Below are positions 1 to 13,111 of a stretch of DNA of 64,000 nt, in pieces; positions within the stretch are counted from its first letter, which is position 1, and every line of letters begins with the position of its first letter. Source of the stretch: Raillietiella orientalis (taxonomy: Eukaryota); assembly GCA_036172245.1 (NCBI GenBank), contig JAYWIR010000009.1, positions 3,534,001-3,598,000 of the forward strand. The letters run 5' to 3'. The notes beneath the pieces are model-generated. The model ran no database searches, was not told where the DNA came from, and saw nothing but the letters and a program-made list of their open reading frames with translations. A program made the position numbers and the translations under genes.

Positions 1-411
1 AGAGGCAATGGGATACCAAGCCGGAGGTCACGACCCCGTCTGCTCGCCGTTGCTCCCTGCCGTCCCACCTTCCAGAGACGTCTGCACCCTGCTCGCGCAG
101 CGCGATCCCCGCGCGGCAGTCAGCGCCGCGGGATGTCCTCAGTCCGCGTGCGGTCCCGCAGCAGACGGCTTGCCACGTGCGGAGGCGTGCTTCTCCTCCG
201 AAAGTGGGCTGTCGCCGCCAGCTCTGGACAGCGGGCGGAACGCCACTCTTCCCGAAACGCAGGGCACCATCTCCCGGATAGCTTCGGAAGCTCCCGCGAT
301 CTTCCGCGGGATGATCGCAAGGGGATCCGAGTTCTAAGTTTCCTCTGTGCACGAGAGGGAGTCTGTGTCGCCCCCTAGCCATCCGTAGGGTCTTCTGGAT
401 GGAGGAAGACG

Positions 412-1096
412 GCCCGCGTTGACACGCACCCGCGTGGCTGCGGTCTGCGTGAGTGGTGCCAAGCGCCGCGGGTTCGAACCCCACCCGAGGGGGAAGGGTC
501 GACGCCGAGAAATGGAAGGGGTGAGTCGTGATTTTTGAGTCCCTTCCATCCGACAGTATGGTGCTGGTTGGCTTGTGGGCGTCAGGAAACCCCCGTTGAC
601 CGGTTGGGATTGGGAGTTGACCTCGGGGTTCCACGGAGTCGAAGGGTTCCTTTCCTGCCACGAAAATGGAACCCTCGCCGTCCCGGGGAGCGACTCTCCA
701 TCGGAGTGCCATGTAGCTGGCTGATACCCCCCTCAGAGGGTCGCCTCTCCATGGTGTCAGAAGCACTGTTCCCTTCGGGGTTCTCTTTAGAGGAGAAGAA
801 AACAAGGAGCGGTTCCCTTGCAGGTTCCCTCCGGACAAGAAACGAGGAGTGTCGAGGGGGGTCTCTCCGGAGAGAGCAAGGAAAAGGTCCCCTTAGGAGA
901 CAACCAGGATGGAGAATCCCCTTCAGGGTTCCTGACCCAAGCTTAAGAGGGGAACAGACCCCTCCCTCTGAAGCCTTCCTTGATTCATAGGATGCTCCCC
1001 TATAACTTGAAGAGTCACACGCGCCTTCGAGTGGCGCGGACGGTGCTAAAGGTCTCCGTGAACACCACATGAGGAGGCGGGCGGTTCTTCGGCGCT
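412..1096 (+). mobile_element. SINE-like family A, full-length copy (tRNA-like head, hairpin-module body, 3' tail)
   Basis: B-box GGTTCGAACCC at 471-481. Body and tail align with ~11 other copies in the window. 12-bp TSD tggaggaagacg (400-411) / tggaggatgacg (1097-1108), 1 mismatch. Confidence 0.85.
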
Positions 1097-4000
1097 TGGA
1101 GGATGACGACGGTTTTTTTTTTACCACGGGGCGGTGGGATTTCCAGCATTTTGCTGTTCCATGCTAAACTTTGGCATAGGAAAAGGGATCCCGTACCGAT
1201 CCAAACAGGAGGAGGGTGAAGCAGCGAGAGGCATTAGCTGACCATGGACAGCGCACATTAGGAAGACGGGGAAATGGACCAAAGCTGAAGGTGGATTCGT
1301 TGCACACGCAAGAAGCTCCTTGCGGCAGATGAAAGCAAATCCAGGAGCCTCGACGAGCCGTTCCTGGAAAATAGGGGGAAAAAAGGGGGAGAGAGCGAAG
1401 GGAGCAGCCAAAGAACCTCGACGTATCTTTAATGGAGCTGCGTTCGAGGCGCCGGAGGACAGATTTGGGGCAGGTGGCTTGAAACAGGCCCGGGGGCCAA
1501 GCGCAGTGAGGCCCCAGGATGCTGAGTGACTCGCCCTATAGAGAGAAAGCGGACTTCAATTTTTCCGGGAGCAGCGGAGCAGGCGTGAAGGGACTCAAGC
1601 CAGGAGCGGTCCGAAAGGAAGTGGCGTGAGAGATTTCCGCCTGTGAGAGCTCTTCAGCTTCCGGTCAGGTGTACCCCCTGACCACGGGCCACCGCGCACG
1701 AGTGCGGCGCGTGGACTGCGGCTTCCAGAACGAGGAGCTACCGAGGAAGAGACGCCCAGAAGCGGGTCCACGGACCAGGGGCGGACTGGAGGACAGGACG
1801 CGGCGGTGGATTCGCCGGGTGCACCGAGAGGTCGAGCTTTGACCGCAGCAAACCCGAGTCTCAGTGACCCACAGGGACCAGAGTGCATCCATAGGTGTTT
1901 CCTTCCCCCCTCCCCTCTCCTACTTCAGCATGGGTCCCCCAGCCTGCTCGAGCTCTTCGGTGCTTGGCCATTCCTGACTTCAAGGTCACGCTCTGCCCAA
2001 AGAGCTGTGAGAGTGCCGAGGTCACTCGGCGCTGGGCGACCGTGAAGCCGTGTGGACCCGGTTCGCGCCGCTCCCTCACCCTCCCCACGGGCTGCCAGGA
2101 AGCCCACTGGAAGACGCCACCGGCTCCAGGTTCAATGCTCGAGGCTGCACGGAGGTGGAAGACTGATCGAATCTCAAGACCTCCTTTATCGAACTGACCA
2201 GCTTTCAAGCGTGGGAGGGTCCTCAGTTCGGGGATCTGCTTGCGCGTTCCTTTCCCGCACCCAATCATCGCCCCCTTTGTGAGCTGCGCCTCGAAATAGG
2301 TCCGGCGCGAGATGGAACAGAACGGGAAGAAAGTGAAATCGCAACTGACTGATCCTCTCCCGAGGAGATTGATTTGCGGGCAGCTGATCTTCCAGGAGCT
2401 CGCATGCTCTTTTCCCTGAAGGATGCCTTGAAGGACAGAGCGGGATACCGCGGTTCCTGCATGAAGCATCTGGAAGGACACGCTGCACGGTGAGGAAGCG
2501 GGCAGACACGCCCGACATTCTTCCAAAGATGGTGGCTCTGTTGATGGCACCGATCAAATGACGGTTGCGAAGCAAGGCGCCAGTTTCCAGGCAACCACCG
2601 AAGACACGTAGCCACGGTGGCGCGGACGTCGAATGCCTCAGCGCTGGCCTCAGGCGCTCGGGCGCTCCTGCAGCTCTGAATGGCAGCTCTGGCTGGCGAT
2701 CTCGAGTTCCTAGCGTCAGGCTGGCTATTCAGCAGGCAAGAGGAGCTTTCAGGAACCAGGCAGGGAAGGTCAGGTCAATTCCTTTTTCCGCTGGGATTGG
2801 ATGGGAGCCGGAGGGAAAAGCTGCTGTGGAGACACCTCCAGGTTGCGGCGGGAACCGGTCCATTCCGTGGATGGGACTGGCGGACTGCAGGCGGAGAGAA
2901 GAGACGCTCTTGTCATCGAGGGACCTTGGATGTGTCCTCGAACCAACAAGGAGCGCTGCGACCTCTTTGGACAGGGCCTCGGACCAGGAAGGAGTCGGTA
3001 AAGGCCGCAGAATCTCGAGAAACAGAAAGGAAGGAAAGAGATCGAGTGCGACTCACGCCCGTGAAGGGAGGTCAGTGCCGTGATCTCCTCCGGGGAGCCG
3101 GCTGCGGTGCCAGTGGCAGTCCCCGGAAAGACCGCAAGTGCTGCAGGAGTTGCCGGGGAGCGGCGCCTGACGACGCGCTCCTGCAGCCACCCGCGCCGCA
3201 ACCCGAAAGAACGTGTGGGTAAGCTTCGGAGCGTGAAGATATACAGGTGCTTCCGGGTCCTCAGTGCAGGGGGGATAGTCCTCGCCGCGTGTCCCCTTGC
3301 GCGAAGAAGAGCCAGCAAAGGTCTGACCCCATAACGCCCGCGCGGATGGCAAGCGGTCCCGCGCCTTTCTGGTGCGAGGGAAGAGGACGTCTAGGGAGAG
3401 TCTGGGGAATGATCGAGAGCAGAGCGCGAGGATTGGACGGATGGGCAGAGGAGCAGCAGCTGACCCCCTCCACCCTCCCCGGAGATGCACCTGTCGGCGC
3501 CGCTGGTGCCGACTATTCCGTTTCTCCGCCATCTCCACTGGTCTCACCTTCGCTCGATGGTTGTTCCCGCCGCCGCCGTAGTCGCCACTTCCGCTGCTAT
3601 GATCGCGCGGTAACCGGAAGAAGGGAGTTTCCCGGGCGCATGCCTCCCCCTTTCGTCCGGGTCCCCCGACCTCGGGTCACCGCTGCGGAGGAGGGAAAGG
3701 GCCGGAAGGCCCGCGAGGGGCAGAGCACCCCTTGCTCTGCGGGCAAAGCAGAGGGAAAGGCAGCAAGCGTCCTGCGCGAGCCCCCAGGAGAAACCGGGGA
3801 AGGGCTGCGAGGTGGAGGGCAGGGAAGAGGGGCCTCCGGAGAGGTCACAGAGCTTCTCCAAAAGGAGACGCGCCCTCCATAGCCACCCCCTCAACCAGGC
3901 AGCTTCCCAGGTCCCGAGGACCTGGTGCGGAAGACCCCCCGGGAGACGACCCGAAGGCTTGCGGGAACGCCGCCGCTCTTTCTGAGCGAAGATCAAAAGA

Positions 4001-5319
4001 TGACGTTCCTCCTCCTCTTCCTCCCTCTTCCCATTGACGCGGGTCTCCGGAGGGCGCGAAAGCCGCAGGCGGACCCCTCGCTCTCCCGCGCTCGCGCTCC
4101 CGCCGCGTCCCGGAAACTAGAAATTTCCCTTTCCATTCCTTTCACAGAGGTGCGTTGGGAAAGGGGCGGGCATTTCAGAACCTTCCCTCTCCGTTCGCCC
4201 TTTTTTGTCTCCTCGGCGGCGACCTGGCACGTGCTGCTGGGTCCGGCCGGACTGGCAATGCTCCTGCGTTCCATTCGTTTCTTTCCCCTCCCCTCCCCAC
4301 TTTCCTTTTCTGCCCTCCACTCGCCCAGTTTCCCTCCAAAAAAACAAAAAAGGGGGGGAGGAGTAGTGAGATTAGAACCCGCGGGCACCCCAAAAGGCCC
4401 GTCGGCGCGGATCCCATCGTCCACGCACGGCCCTTCCACTCCTCTCCCCCTCCACCGTCCCTTGGTGTTGGTACCCCCAGCAAGGAGGGACCCCGCGCGG
4501 CGGGCACTTCCCGAGGATTCCTCCAGAAGACGGGGACCATGGAAGTGTCCTCCCCCTCATCATTTCCTTCACCTTCCTCCGCCTTCGTCCTCCTCCTTCC
4601 CTTTCTCCTGAAACGGAAACGCCTCCGGGGGGGCGTTCCCCCTCGCTTCCTCCCGCGGCTGCCTCGCACTGGCAGCGGGTGGGCGACGGCGGCAGGCGGC
4701 GGCGGGGGACAGTCGCGCCGGACTGCCAGCGCCTTTGGGACACAGGGCAGAGAAACGGGGAGGGAGCGAGGAGGATGAGCGAGGGAATGCTGGGCGAAGT
4801 CGCAGTTCTCAGTGGCGCTGGCCCCTCCCGTGTGGGCAGCATTGGCGGCCTCCAGACTACCCGCCTGACTCCCCCTCTTCGAGGGCGAGTTTGAGTGGCG
4901 GCAGGCGAGGGAGGAGCAGGGAGGAGACTGCCGTTTGTTTATCCCGAAGCGGCGAGCGTCTCCGGGAGAGGCGCGTCGGGAAGTTTTCAACCGGCGAGGC
5001 CGGTACGATGGCGAGAGCGGAAGGGAGAGTCTGGGAGCTGCCCGTGCACGTGGAGGCGGCTCTCTTCCCCTCTGGCGATGGCGTATCATCGAGCGCCGGC
5101 GCACGTTCAGCCGTCTCGGCAACGCTCAGATCAAGGACCGAGCGAGGGTCGAGAGCCCGCAGCGGGCGGGCAGGGAGAGGATCTCTCCGCTGTGGTGGAC
5201 CAGGAGGCGAGAGCGCGGAACTCCCCCTCCTCCTTGGGGACCGATTCCGGGAGCGCCGAGAGGGCTCTCCGGAAAAGATCCAACGCGTTTCCCACAGCAG
5301 CTCCTCTGTCGGCCGCGTA

Positions 5320-5560
5320 TCCTTTTCTTCCTTTCTTTTCTTCCTTTCTTTTCTTCCTCCCCTTTGGATTCCCTCGTAGTTCCCCATACTCTCACGTTGA
5401 CCCCGGCTGCTTCCCAGAGGTGGATGGACGCCCCTCCACATTGAACGTCCTTCCTCCTCCTCCCTCCCTCTCCTCCTCCTCTTTCCTCTTCCTTCTATAC
5501 TTTTCTTCCTCTCCTCCCCCTCTCTTCGCTTTCCTCTTCCTCATGATTTCTCCATTTCCC
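5320..5560. repeat. Pyrimidine-rich low-complexity (CT/CCT) tract
   Basis: Long runs such as cctcctccctccctctcctcctcctctttcctcttcc are directly visible. Confidence 0.8.
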
Positions 5561-6214
5561 CTCCAGAGCGCCTGTTCTTCCCTTTTCACGTGGAGCTTCT
5601 CCCGAAGGCGGCTGTCCAGTGCCGCGCACCCCTTCGAGGAGTCTCGAAACGCCCGAAGCAGCAGCAGGGATACGGGCCTCTCGTGTGTTCTCCCTTTCGA
5701 TCCTCCGACGCGACTCAGGCAGCTCCGCACTTTCTTTTCCCCAGCCCCTTGTTTCTCCTCTATGTTCCCCGGAAACGCAGGCCCTTCCCCCTCCCCGTGG
5801 GTCTGCGTGCCCCTCCAGAGGCCGTCCGCGATTGCGGGTCAGAGCTTCGAGGCAGGGAAAGAGTTGAGAGAGTCCCTCCTGGGAACGGAGGGCACTCAAT
5901 GGGAGGGAAGGCTGAGCTGGAAAGCACCCGCTCACTACGCATCCAATCATCCCTGCTCCTCTCCCGGAATGTCAAGCGCCTTCGCTGTCCGGATTCCCGC
6001 CTGGGGTGCTTGGCTGGAACGCCGCCAAGCGGTGCTGAGAGTGCGGTGCCCCTGAGATTCGGGCCAGTGGAGCCCTGGACCTCTTTGGGTGAGAAAGAGG
6101 TCACAGAATCCTCTATGCTTTCTTCTCAGGGTTCCGAAGGGTCCACTCTCAATTCCGGGACTCTAGTCAACGGGGAATCCTGCAGCGAGAGCTAGGGAGT
6201 ATCCTAACAATGCG

Positions 6215-6310
6215 CACCCGATGCTGTCCCAGAGTCATCTCGCGGGGAGACACGAAACCCGTGACGCATCCAGAGCGGCGCCCGCGATCCTTGCTGGGGC
6301 AATTCGAGCC
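6215..6310 (+). repeat. Dispersed repeat F, copy 1 (homologous to 52560-52660)
   Basis: gtcccagagtcatctcgcgggga...gacgcatccag...ggcgcccgcgatccttg is shared with 52571-52640. Confidence 0.75.
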
Positions 6311-8704
6311 GTGTGGGCGGTCTTCAGGACCGCGGTCCCAAGGCGCAATCGGGAAGAGAGGAGCTCGGTTTCCGCGGCAGCAGCGCCGGCGGCGCCGGGC
6401 GGGAAAGACACGCTCCTCGGAGTGGTGCCCTCCTTGCCCGTCCCTGGCCTGGAAGGGAGCGAGGCGGCTTCCCCGGGCTCGCCGCCACCCTTCTCCCCAT
6501 CTCGCACCCCTCAGGATCGACTCGAGAAGGCGCCCAGGGCTTGGTGTGTCTTCAGTCGCCCCGAGGCTGCCCCCTTCCAGTTCAGAACATCCGCTGCGGC
6601 TCGCATCTGGCCGGCGGCGAAAACTCCTTCGGACGGCGGTCACGCCCTTCTTCCATTTCGGAGGTCTTCACTCGTTTGCATGAGGCACAAGCAGAGGTGG
6701 CCCCCGAATCGAAAAGGGCCCCAGGCCCGAAAAATCCCCGCGCCTCCCGGAAGCAGCTTCGGCAGGGTTTCCCCCACAGGCACGGAGAATTCCTGCGCCG
6801 TAACCGGCAAAGCAACCTTCAGGGGAAAAGTACATTTCCATCCTTTCTTTTCTGGAAGAGGTGGAGGAGGAGGAGGGAGGGAAGGAGTCTTTCCGCCGTC
6901 CTTGCTTCCGTCTCCCGATTGCTTTCGAAGAGGGAAGATGCGTTGCTTCCTCCTCCGCGAGTTGCATTCCCTGATTGAAAGGACGGTGCTGAACACCGTG
7001 GGCCTCGCCGTTCCCTTCCGAGGAGAAGTGCCCACGGTAGGGCAGGGTTGATAGATGGCGCCAATTTATGCGGGGACTCTCGGAGGGATGCCCTCGCGCC
7101 GGCGCTCGGGATGCGGCTGCCGGGGCGGAGATCACCGCATCCCCATGAGGATCGGGGGAGTGGGGGAGGTCTCGACAGTCCCGTCGAGACGTCTTCGCCT
7201 TGATCAGAAAATTTCCGTCTTCCTCCTCCCCCCCCCTCCTTCCCTCTCCCGACTCGACTTCAAGCGGTCCCTGCCGCTGGCGCAGGGAGCCATCGACGCC
7301 CGCTGCCGCCGCCTCTCTCGGTGCCGTGCCAAGCGGCGCGAGACGCGCAGAGTCTTCCCGGAACTCCGGAGGGCCCCGGACTTTTTCCCAAGGAAGGGGG
7401 GAAGGGAGGAAGATCCCCCATCTATGCGAGAAAAAAAAAAACGCGAGGAAATTTCCGGAAGATGAAGACGGGAGGGCGGCCCATCCATCATGGGGGGACG
7501 CAGTTTCCCTGGGAGCGCGCGGAACGGCGCGCGACGAAACTTCAGCAACGATAAAATTTCGGCTTCCAGGGACGAGCGTCGTCGTCTCGATGGCAACCGG
7601 CGCGCAGTCTGCTCGTTCCCCCCCCGCTCCCGGACGCATGATTTATGCCCGCGATGCTGGTCCTGCGTCTCCGGGAAACGATTTCCCCGCAGCAAGTTTT
7701 TGAATGGGTCTCTCCGGCGTTTCCAAGATGCCCGCTATCGAGCCCAGATAAGAGGCATGGCAACGGCTTCTCCGAGGGGGAGTGGGGGGGGGACTTCCCT
7801 TGCCTTCCGGAGCTACCGCGGGACGGGTGTCGCGTGGATCCTGCCAACCGGAGGTCTCCCTGTCGGGCGTTCCTCTGCGGGATACGCCTCGCCGGTCACG
7901 GGGCCTTCGAGGGCGCAGTCCCGCTGAGGCGGTGCAGATCGAGCCTCCGGGAAGAGCCGCAAGAGGGGGCGAAGGTCCGCTCTCGGGGCTACGGCAGAGC
8001 ACAGCGGCACCATCCGGACTTCGGGGGAGTGAAAGCAGGCCGCGTGATCCTGGCGACCAGCCGCGCTCCTCGTCGCCGACTCTTCGTTTCCCGGACGACG
8101 GGAGGATGGCCCCAAGAATCCTCGACACTGCGGGGACCGCGGAGGGAAAATTCCCGGGCGAGCGAGCGAGCGACACTCGCAGTCCCCGGAGCTTTCCTTC
8201 CCGCAGCTCCAGGGAGTTCATTGGGAAACCAGTTGGGAACGAAGCTCCCGGCGGGCAACGGAGGAGGAAGTTCGAAGGGAGGGATGCGCTTTCGCAGGGA
8301 GGCCACCCCAGAATCCGGGACGGGATGAGAGAGATGGCAAAGAACGAAATAAAAAGACAGGATGGCAGGAACAAGAGCCCTTGGCATCGCCCGCTCCCTC
8401 TTCGTAAACAGCGAGAAGTACCGAATGGGTGAGAGGGGACGCAAATGAAGGAATAAGAGGGAGCAGGGGAATAGGGGTCTTCGCTCCTTCTTTCCAGAAG
8501 CGGCGCTGGCTGCAGGCTTCTCCTTCTTGCAGGTGAGACCAACCACCCGGCAGTCGCCTTCACGCAGGCGGCTGCCATGCTGGTGACGTCACTCCGCTGC
8601 TCCCGAAACTCCAACACGCGGAGGGCTGCGATGGTGGCGCGGAGGCAACTCAAGCGTCGCTATCGCGGCGCCAACCGGGAGTCCGCCGCGCGTGAACAAT
8701 CGCC

Positions 8705-9630
8705 GCCCGCTCTGGCGGCCGTGTGGCTACGGCCTCCGCTATCGGAGTAGCCGGGAGACGCGACTTCGAATCCCGCCCAGGGAGAGGGTCGACGCCAGGG
8801 AAATGGGCGCGTCGTAGGTTCCGAGTTCCCCAGGGCAGGATGACGCTGGTTGGCCTCGGTTGGCTTCGAATGTGGCAAGGGTGGACGTCGGAAACCCTTT
8901 CTGACTGGCAGGGATCGAAAGTCCTCCGGGATCCTTCCAGGAACCCACGAGCCCTTTGGAGTTCCCCTCTGGTTGCGCGGATGGAGCCGTGTCTTCCCTT
9001 GGGGGATGACCCTCCATCGCATACCATGGAGCTGACTGACACATCTCCAGAGTGTCGAGAAGAGTGCTGCTCCCTTCAAGAGGCGACCCATCAGAGAAAT
9101 TGGGAAGCGTCCCTTCGGGATTCGTATTCTGAGAAGGAAGAAGCGCGGTGCGGCTCCCTTGAAGAAGAGTCAGTCCCTCGGGAGACAGCTAAGCGAGGGT
9201 TCCCTTAGGACCTCCCTCCCAAGCTTAAGAGTAACGGACTCCTTCTTCAGAAGTCCTTCCTGGAATCATAGGGAGGTCCCTCCGGGGTACCCCCTATCTT
9301 GAAGAGTTATCACACGCCTCATCCCGGGAGCCTGCGTGCAAAAATCTCGGCGCCCGCGGAGGGGGGGGGGGAACTTTGCGCGCGAGCACTGCTGCCGCCT
9401 GGTGCCAGCTCACTGAACCACACTTCCGCAGAAGAAGGAAACGGTCGTGCGGACCGTCCCTCAGGCGACGATTTCAACAGTGTGCCGTCCTTTTGTCCAC
9501 TGTTGATCGTCGCCTGAGGGGGGAGAGGGGCGCTGCAAGGGCGGGCCCGAGTGACGGCTCTGCAGGAGCTTCGTGAGCGCCCGCTAAGAAGGAGAGCGGT
9601 TCTTCAGCATCCAGTGAACCTCAAAAAAAC
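8705..9630 (+). mobile_element. SINE-like family A copy, interrupted by repeat G at ~9331-9545
   Basis: Head tggcggccgtgtgg...ttcgaatccc. Body runs to cttgaagagttatcacac (~9315). The tail resumes at ~9546-9630 (gagcttcgtgagc...cggttcttcagca, then an A run). Confidence 0.8.
9331..9545 (+). repeat. Dispersed repeat G, copy 1, inserted into SINE A
   Basis: 9331-9472 is the reverse complement, with indels, of 10499-10629 (ctgctgccgcctggtgYcagctcaYYgaaccacacttcc). Confidence 0.7.
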
Positions 9631-10498
9631 AACGGGTGGAAGGAAAGCAGGATAAATAAGGGAATCCCGAAGGGGGTTTCATCACCCGCGGTGGTGACTC
9701 CCTGGTGCGGGAGCGCTGGAGGGCCGCCTCCGCCACGGCTCCCGGAGGCCACGCAGGAGCTCGCCGAAGCGACGGTTCTGAGAGTCCACGGCCTCGTGCG
9801 CGCTCCGGAGCCGACTGGACTTCCAGCGCGGAACGCGTGTGGACCGGCGCCGATCTCTCCGGGGGGGCTGTGCGCGCTCGCCGCGGGGCAGAGTGGCTCC
9901 TCTTCGTCGGAAGCACCGTGGCGCAAGAAGAGACAAGAACGAGTGCAAAATCAAGCACGCAGGCAAACGTGTACGTGGGCACGTTTGTGTAGGCGGCTGG
10001 TTTTCGCTTTCCAAAGGGCAGTCCGTTTTTTTCGACCCTGTCGGTTTCTGCCCCGCAGGCGACCCTCCCTGTCCCCCCCCCCCACCAAAGGGCATTCGTG
10101 ATAACAAGTATCTTCGAAGTATCTTGCTCCTCGCAGGCTGAGCAAACGGTATTCTGTTGGTTCATCGGATCGGAAGGGCTCACGTGAAAAAGACACAAGA
10201 TGCGTCTCAATGGCAACGCGCTACCATTTCGAGAACTTCTCCGTGCCAGGTCCTTGTGAATTTTGCATAGGAAGCTGCTGGAGCGAGAAGGGAGTTTAAT
10301 GCCGCCTCGGAGAATGGTCCAGGAAAGATGTCGCGAAAAGATCACGACCCAACTTGGAAGCGCGCACTGTTATTGATTGATGTGGATGACGTCAGGGGCC
10401 GGAGCCGGCCGTGCCGAGGCACTCTGCGAGCATCCTCGTTGCCGATGGCTGGCGGAGAGCGTCAGCGTCCCGCTGAGGCGAAAGGACTGCCCACCGAT

Positions 10499-10629
10499 GA
10501 TCGTCACCTGAGGGACAGTCCGCACGATGCCGGGAAGCGACCCTTTCCTTGCTCCCGCAGAAGGAAGTGTGGTTCGGTGAGCTGACACCAGGCGGCAGCA
10601 GCACTCGCGCGGAGATTTTCGCAAGCGGG
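10499..10629 (-). repeat. Dispersed repeat G, copy 2 (inverted relative to copy 1)
   Basis: Reverse-complement match to 9331-9472. Confidence 0.7.
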
Positions 10630-10899
10630 GAGCGGGGACGGCAAGGGCAGAGAGGCAGCTGCCTGGAAGGAGGAGTCGAACCAGACGCTGAAGAAGAGCT
10701 GCGGCTCCCCCCCCCCCCTCTTCCTCCTGCCACAGCAGATTCGGTGGGGACGTCCGGAATGCCAGGGAGCGTCCCGAATGGACGGACGACCTGCGCCCTG
10801 CTGCTCTTTACTTTGCGCCTCTTTCCGGACCGAATTTTTTAGTCTGACGACTTCTCTCGGCGGCCGTTTGGCCGTTCTTACGGGGCGTCTCCTGAACCA

Positions 10900-11745
10900 T
10901 AAGAAAAAGCTCTAGAAAGTTCCGCCCACCAACATCTGGGTGGGTGGACAACTCGGGAGCTCATGGACGCTTCCTGCTCCGAGTGTCCTACCGGAAGGGA
11001 CTGTTGCGTTGGGGAGAGCGTCTACGAATTCCTCCGGAGAAGGTAGGGTGATCCCTAGCGGGCTAAAGCAGTGCTACCCTCCCCCTAAAGTGGGAGTAGT
11101 CGGCGATCCTTCTGTTTCATTGGGAGGTCCCCCGTGCTACTCCCGCTGACACACTGAGCCCAGATGGGCAGGTAAGCCCCCACTGCGGCAGGTGCAGAGA
11201 GAGAGCTCCTCCCTCACCTGCTCGCGGATTGCGTCGCCCTCCGCTCTTTGTAGGAACGTTTGGCCGCGTCCCTGCGGAACCCGGAAGCCAACCCCAAAGA
11301 CCCTCCTAAGCGCCTCTTGCAGTGCGATGCCCGCACGCCGACCGTATCCCTAGCAACACTGTGGTGCCTACGCGACGGGACCGTGGCTGCATGGAGCAAC
11401 CCAAGAGGAGGCCAGGACTACAGGGACGCCATCTATTTTGCCGTCCTCTTCATGAGGACAGCGTCAAGATGGCCCCACATGGGGATCTTAAAGAGGAACT
11501 TGCCGGCATCCTTACAAGAATGCAGAGGACACCCTCCAGCACCCGGTGATCCTCTCCGATCCCACCAAAGTTTTCTATATATATATATTTTTATTTTTGT
11601 TTGCCTGCCTCCCCTCTGCTGCTGTGGGCAAACGTCGCCGACCTGCGCGCCGGCTCTCGGCGGGCTCCATGCGTGACGTGGCAGCGCCCCACCACCCGCA
11701 TGGAAGGTCGCTTTTATCAATGAACACCCCGGAGCAACCGGGTGG
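10900..11745 (+). mobile_element. L1/Tx1-like LINE 3' relic, subfamily B
   Basis: Frameshifted LPLKW..FHW..C..C....PHLL.DC zinc finger, FMRTASRWPH motif, T-rich 3'UTR, terminal hairpin caccccggagcaaccgggtg (11725-11744). Confidence 0.8.
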
Positions 11746-12733
11746 GACGCAGGCGGCTTCCCAGCGCTCGGCAAGAGGATGCAGACTGCAGCCGATTCCA
11801 AGACAAATACATGCAGGTGCACGGCGCCAGCGCCGCTCTTCAGATCCGTCCAGCATTGGCCCAGAGCCCTCTCGTGAGCCCGTGGGAAGAGAGTAGGCCG
11901 CCGGGGCGCTTGCCGAGATCCACCAGCACGGGGGGACACTCCCGAAGGTTAGCTTCTGCCTCCGCTCCTTGTCCCGGCGGACTTGATGTGTGCCCCCGGC
12001 GACGTGTGCCCCCTCGAACGCGCAGAGGAAGGGGGCGTGGAGAGGGAGGAAGGGATCGACCGACTTCCCGGCTCCAGAGGGACTGAGCAGCCTTCATCTT
12101 GGCCCCGCCCAAGGGAACCCGAGAGGCAGTCCCTGCGCAGCTCCCGCTGGTTCTGAAGCCGAGACCCTAGTCGCTCACTTGAGCGTGTCCATGGAAACGT
12201 CCTCGGGGACGGCTCCGCGCCCGGACCCCCTACCGGAGAAGCGGTCAAGGGTCGGCAGGGAAGGTTCGAAGTAAACAGGCAACCAGCACGTCTCGAAAGA
12301 GCAGCTACTGAAAGCCTCTTTCGAAAGGGGGATGCGGCCAAGAGGTTCCGCTCTTGGCCGGACGTCCCAACAGCAGGGGGCCGAGGCGCCTCGGAGCGCC
12401 CCACCGCCAAGGTCGCTTGCAGTAGAAATCTAGAGAGAAACTTTGTACACAATCGCCTGATATTTTTCCTTGAGTTGACGCCATCGGCTGCGCAGGCGAT
12501 GGCGCCAACGTGTTGGCTCTGACAGCGTCAATAAATTGAAATCAAATAACTGCACAGAAAACCCTCGAGCATTTCCGAATCAGAAATGGACGGTGCGACA
12601 CTCACCATCTCGGGGAAGGGCGGAGTATACCGTTCACTCCTTTCCTGCGGAAGATAATAAACCACAATTTTTAGAAACCGCACTTTTGCCGACTATTGAT
12701 CCCAATGCCTTGGCAAGATATGCTATAGATTGA

Positions 12734-12799
12734 TTCTATAAATTTCTCATTTCTTGCGACAAAATCGGTTTCACAACTGAGTTCACCACGATTTTCAGC
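12734..12799 (-). pseudogene. tsf: Elongation factor Ts fragment (conserved CETDFVA motif), Wolbachia-like
   Basis: AENRG-ELSCETDFVARNEKFIE matches the EF-Ts E.NCETDFVA.N signature. From memory, Wolbachia EF-Ts reads ...ENCGVLVELNCETDFVARNEKFIE. Confidence 0.7.
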
Positions 12800-13072
12800 C
12801 GCGTTTCGTGGTAAATTTATGGCAATCATTCTTTTAGATACAAAAAGTATAAACCGTACAGCAGCGCGAGCTTTTACAAGGGCATCAATTACTTTTTCCA
12901 CTTCTTCATCTACTTTTTCATAATCAGTTTCTTCATGATCAGCCTCATGCTGATTTATGGAAAAAGCAGCATCTGTACCACAAATACTACAAAATGAAAG
13001 AGGAGAGTTCGATGGATAGCAAATGGGCATAGAAATTTCATCTGTCCCAATGGGAAAAACGGATCCGCCTGA

Positions 13073-13111
13073 AATTTCATTAAAATCAACGCTATCAAGA
13101 AAAATTTCCAT
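13073..13111 (-). pseudogene. tal: N-terminal fragment of a short-type transaldolase, Wolbachia-like
   Basis: MEIFLDSVDFNEI resembles the transaldolase start motif M.(I/F)F(L/I)D(S/T)...EI. From memory, Wolbachia reads MEIFLDSVDLNEI. Only 13 aa. Confidence 0.5.

Noticed and set aside
412..500. SINE heads as functional tRNA genes
   Set aside because: A/B boxes are present but there is no consistent cloverleaf or anticodon across copies, and each head continues into the repeat body.
765..935. TTCG to TTCA/TTAG variants in SINE modules as proof of TE CpG methylation
   Set aside because: Suggestive, but the window remains CpG-rich and I cannot compute substitution spectra by eye.
8..8700. Many long overlapping ORFs (up to 386 aa) on both strands
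   Set aside because: Arg/Gly/Pro/Ser-rich translations typical of GC-rich non-coding DNA, with no recognisable domain or supportable exon structure.
9331..10629. Inverted G repeats as TIRs of a 1.3-kb DNA transposon
   Set aside because: The interrupted SINE tail resumes at ~9546, inside the supposed element, so the left copy is a separate ~210-bp insertion.
11080..11130. PKVGVVGDPSV as an SGNH GDS motif
   Set aside because: The same bases align to the LINE B motif LPLKWQESALMLLHW in another frame.
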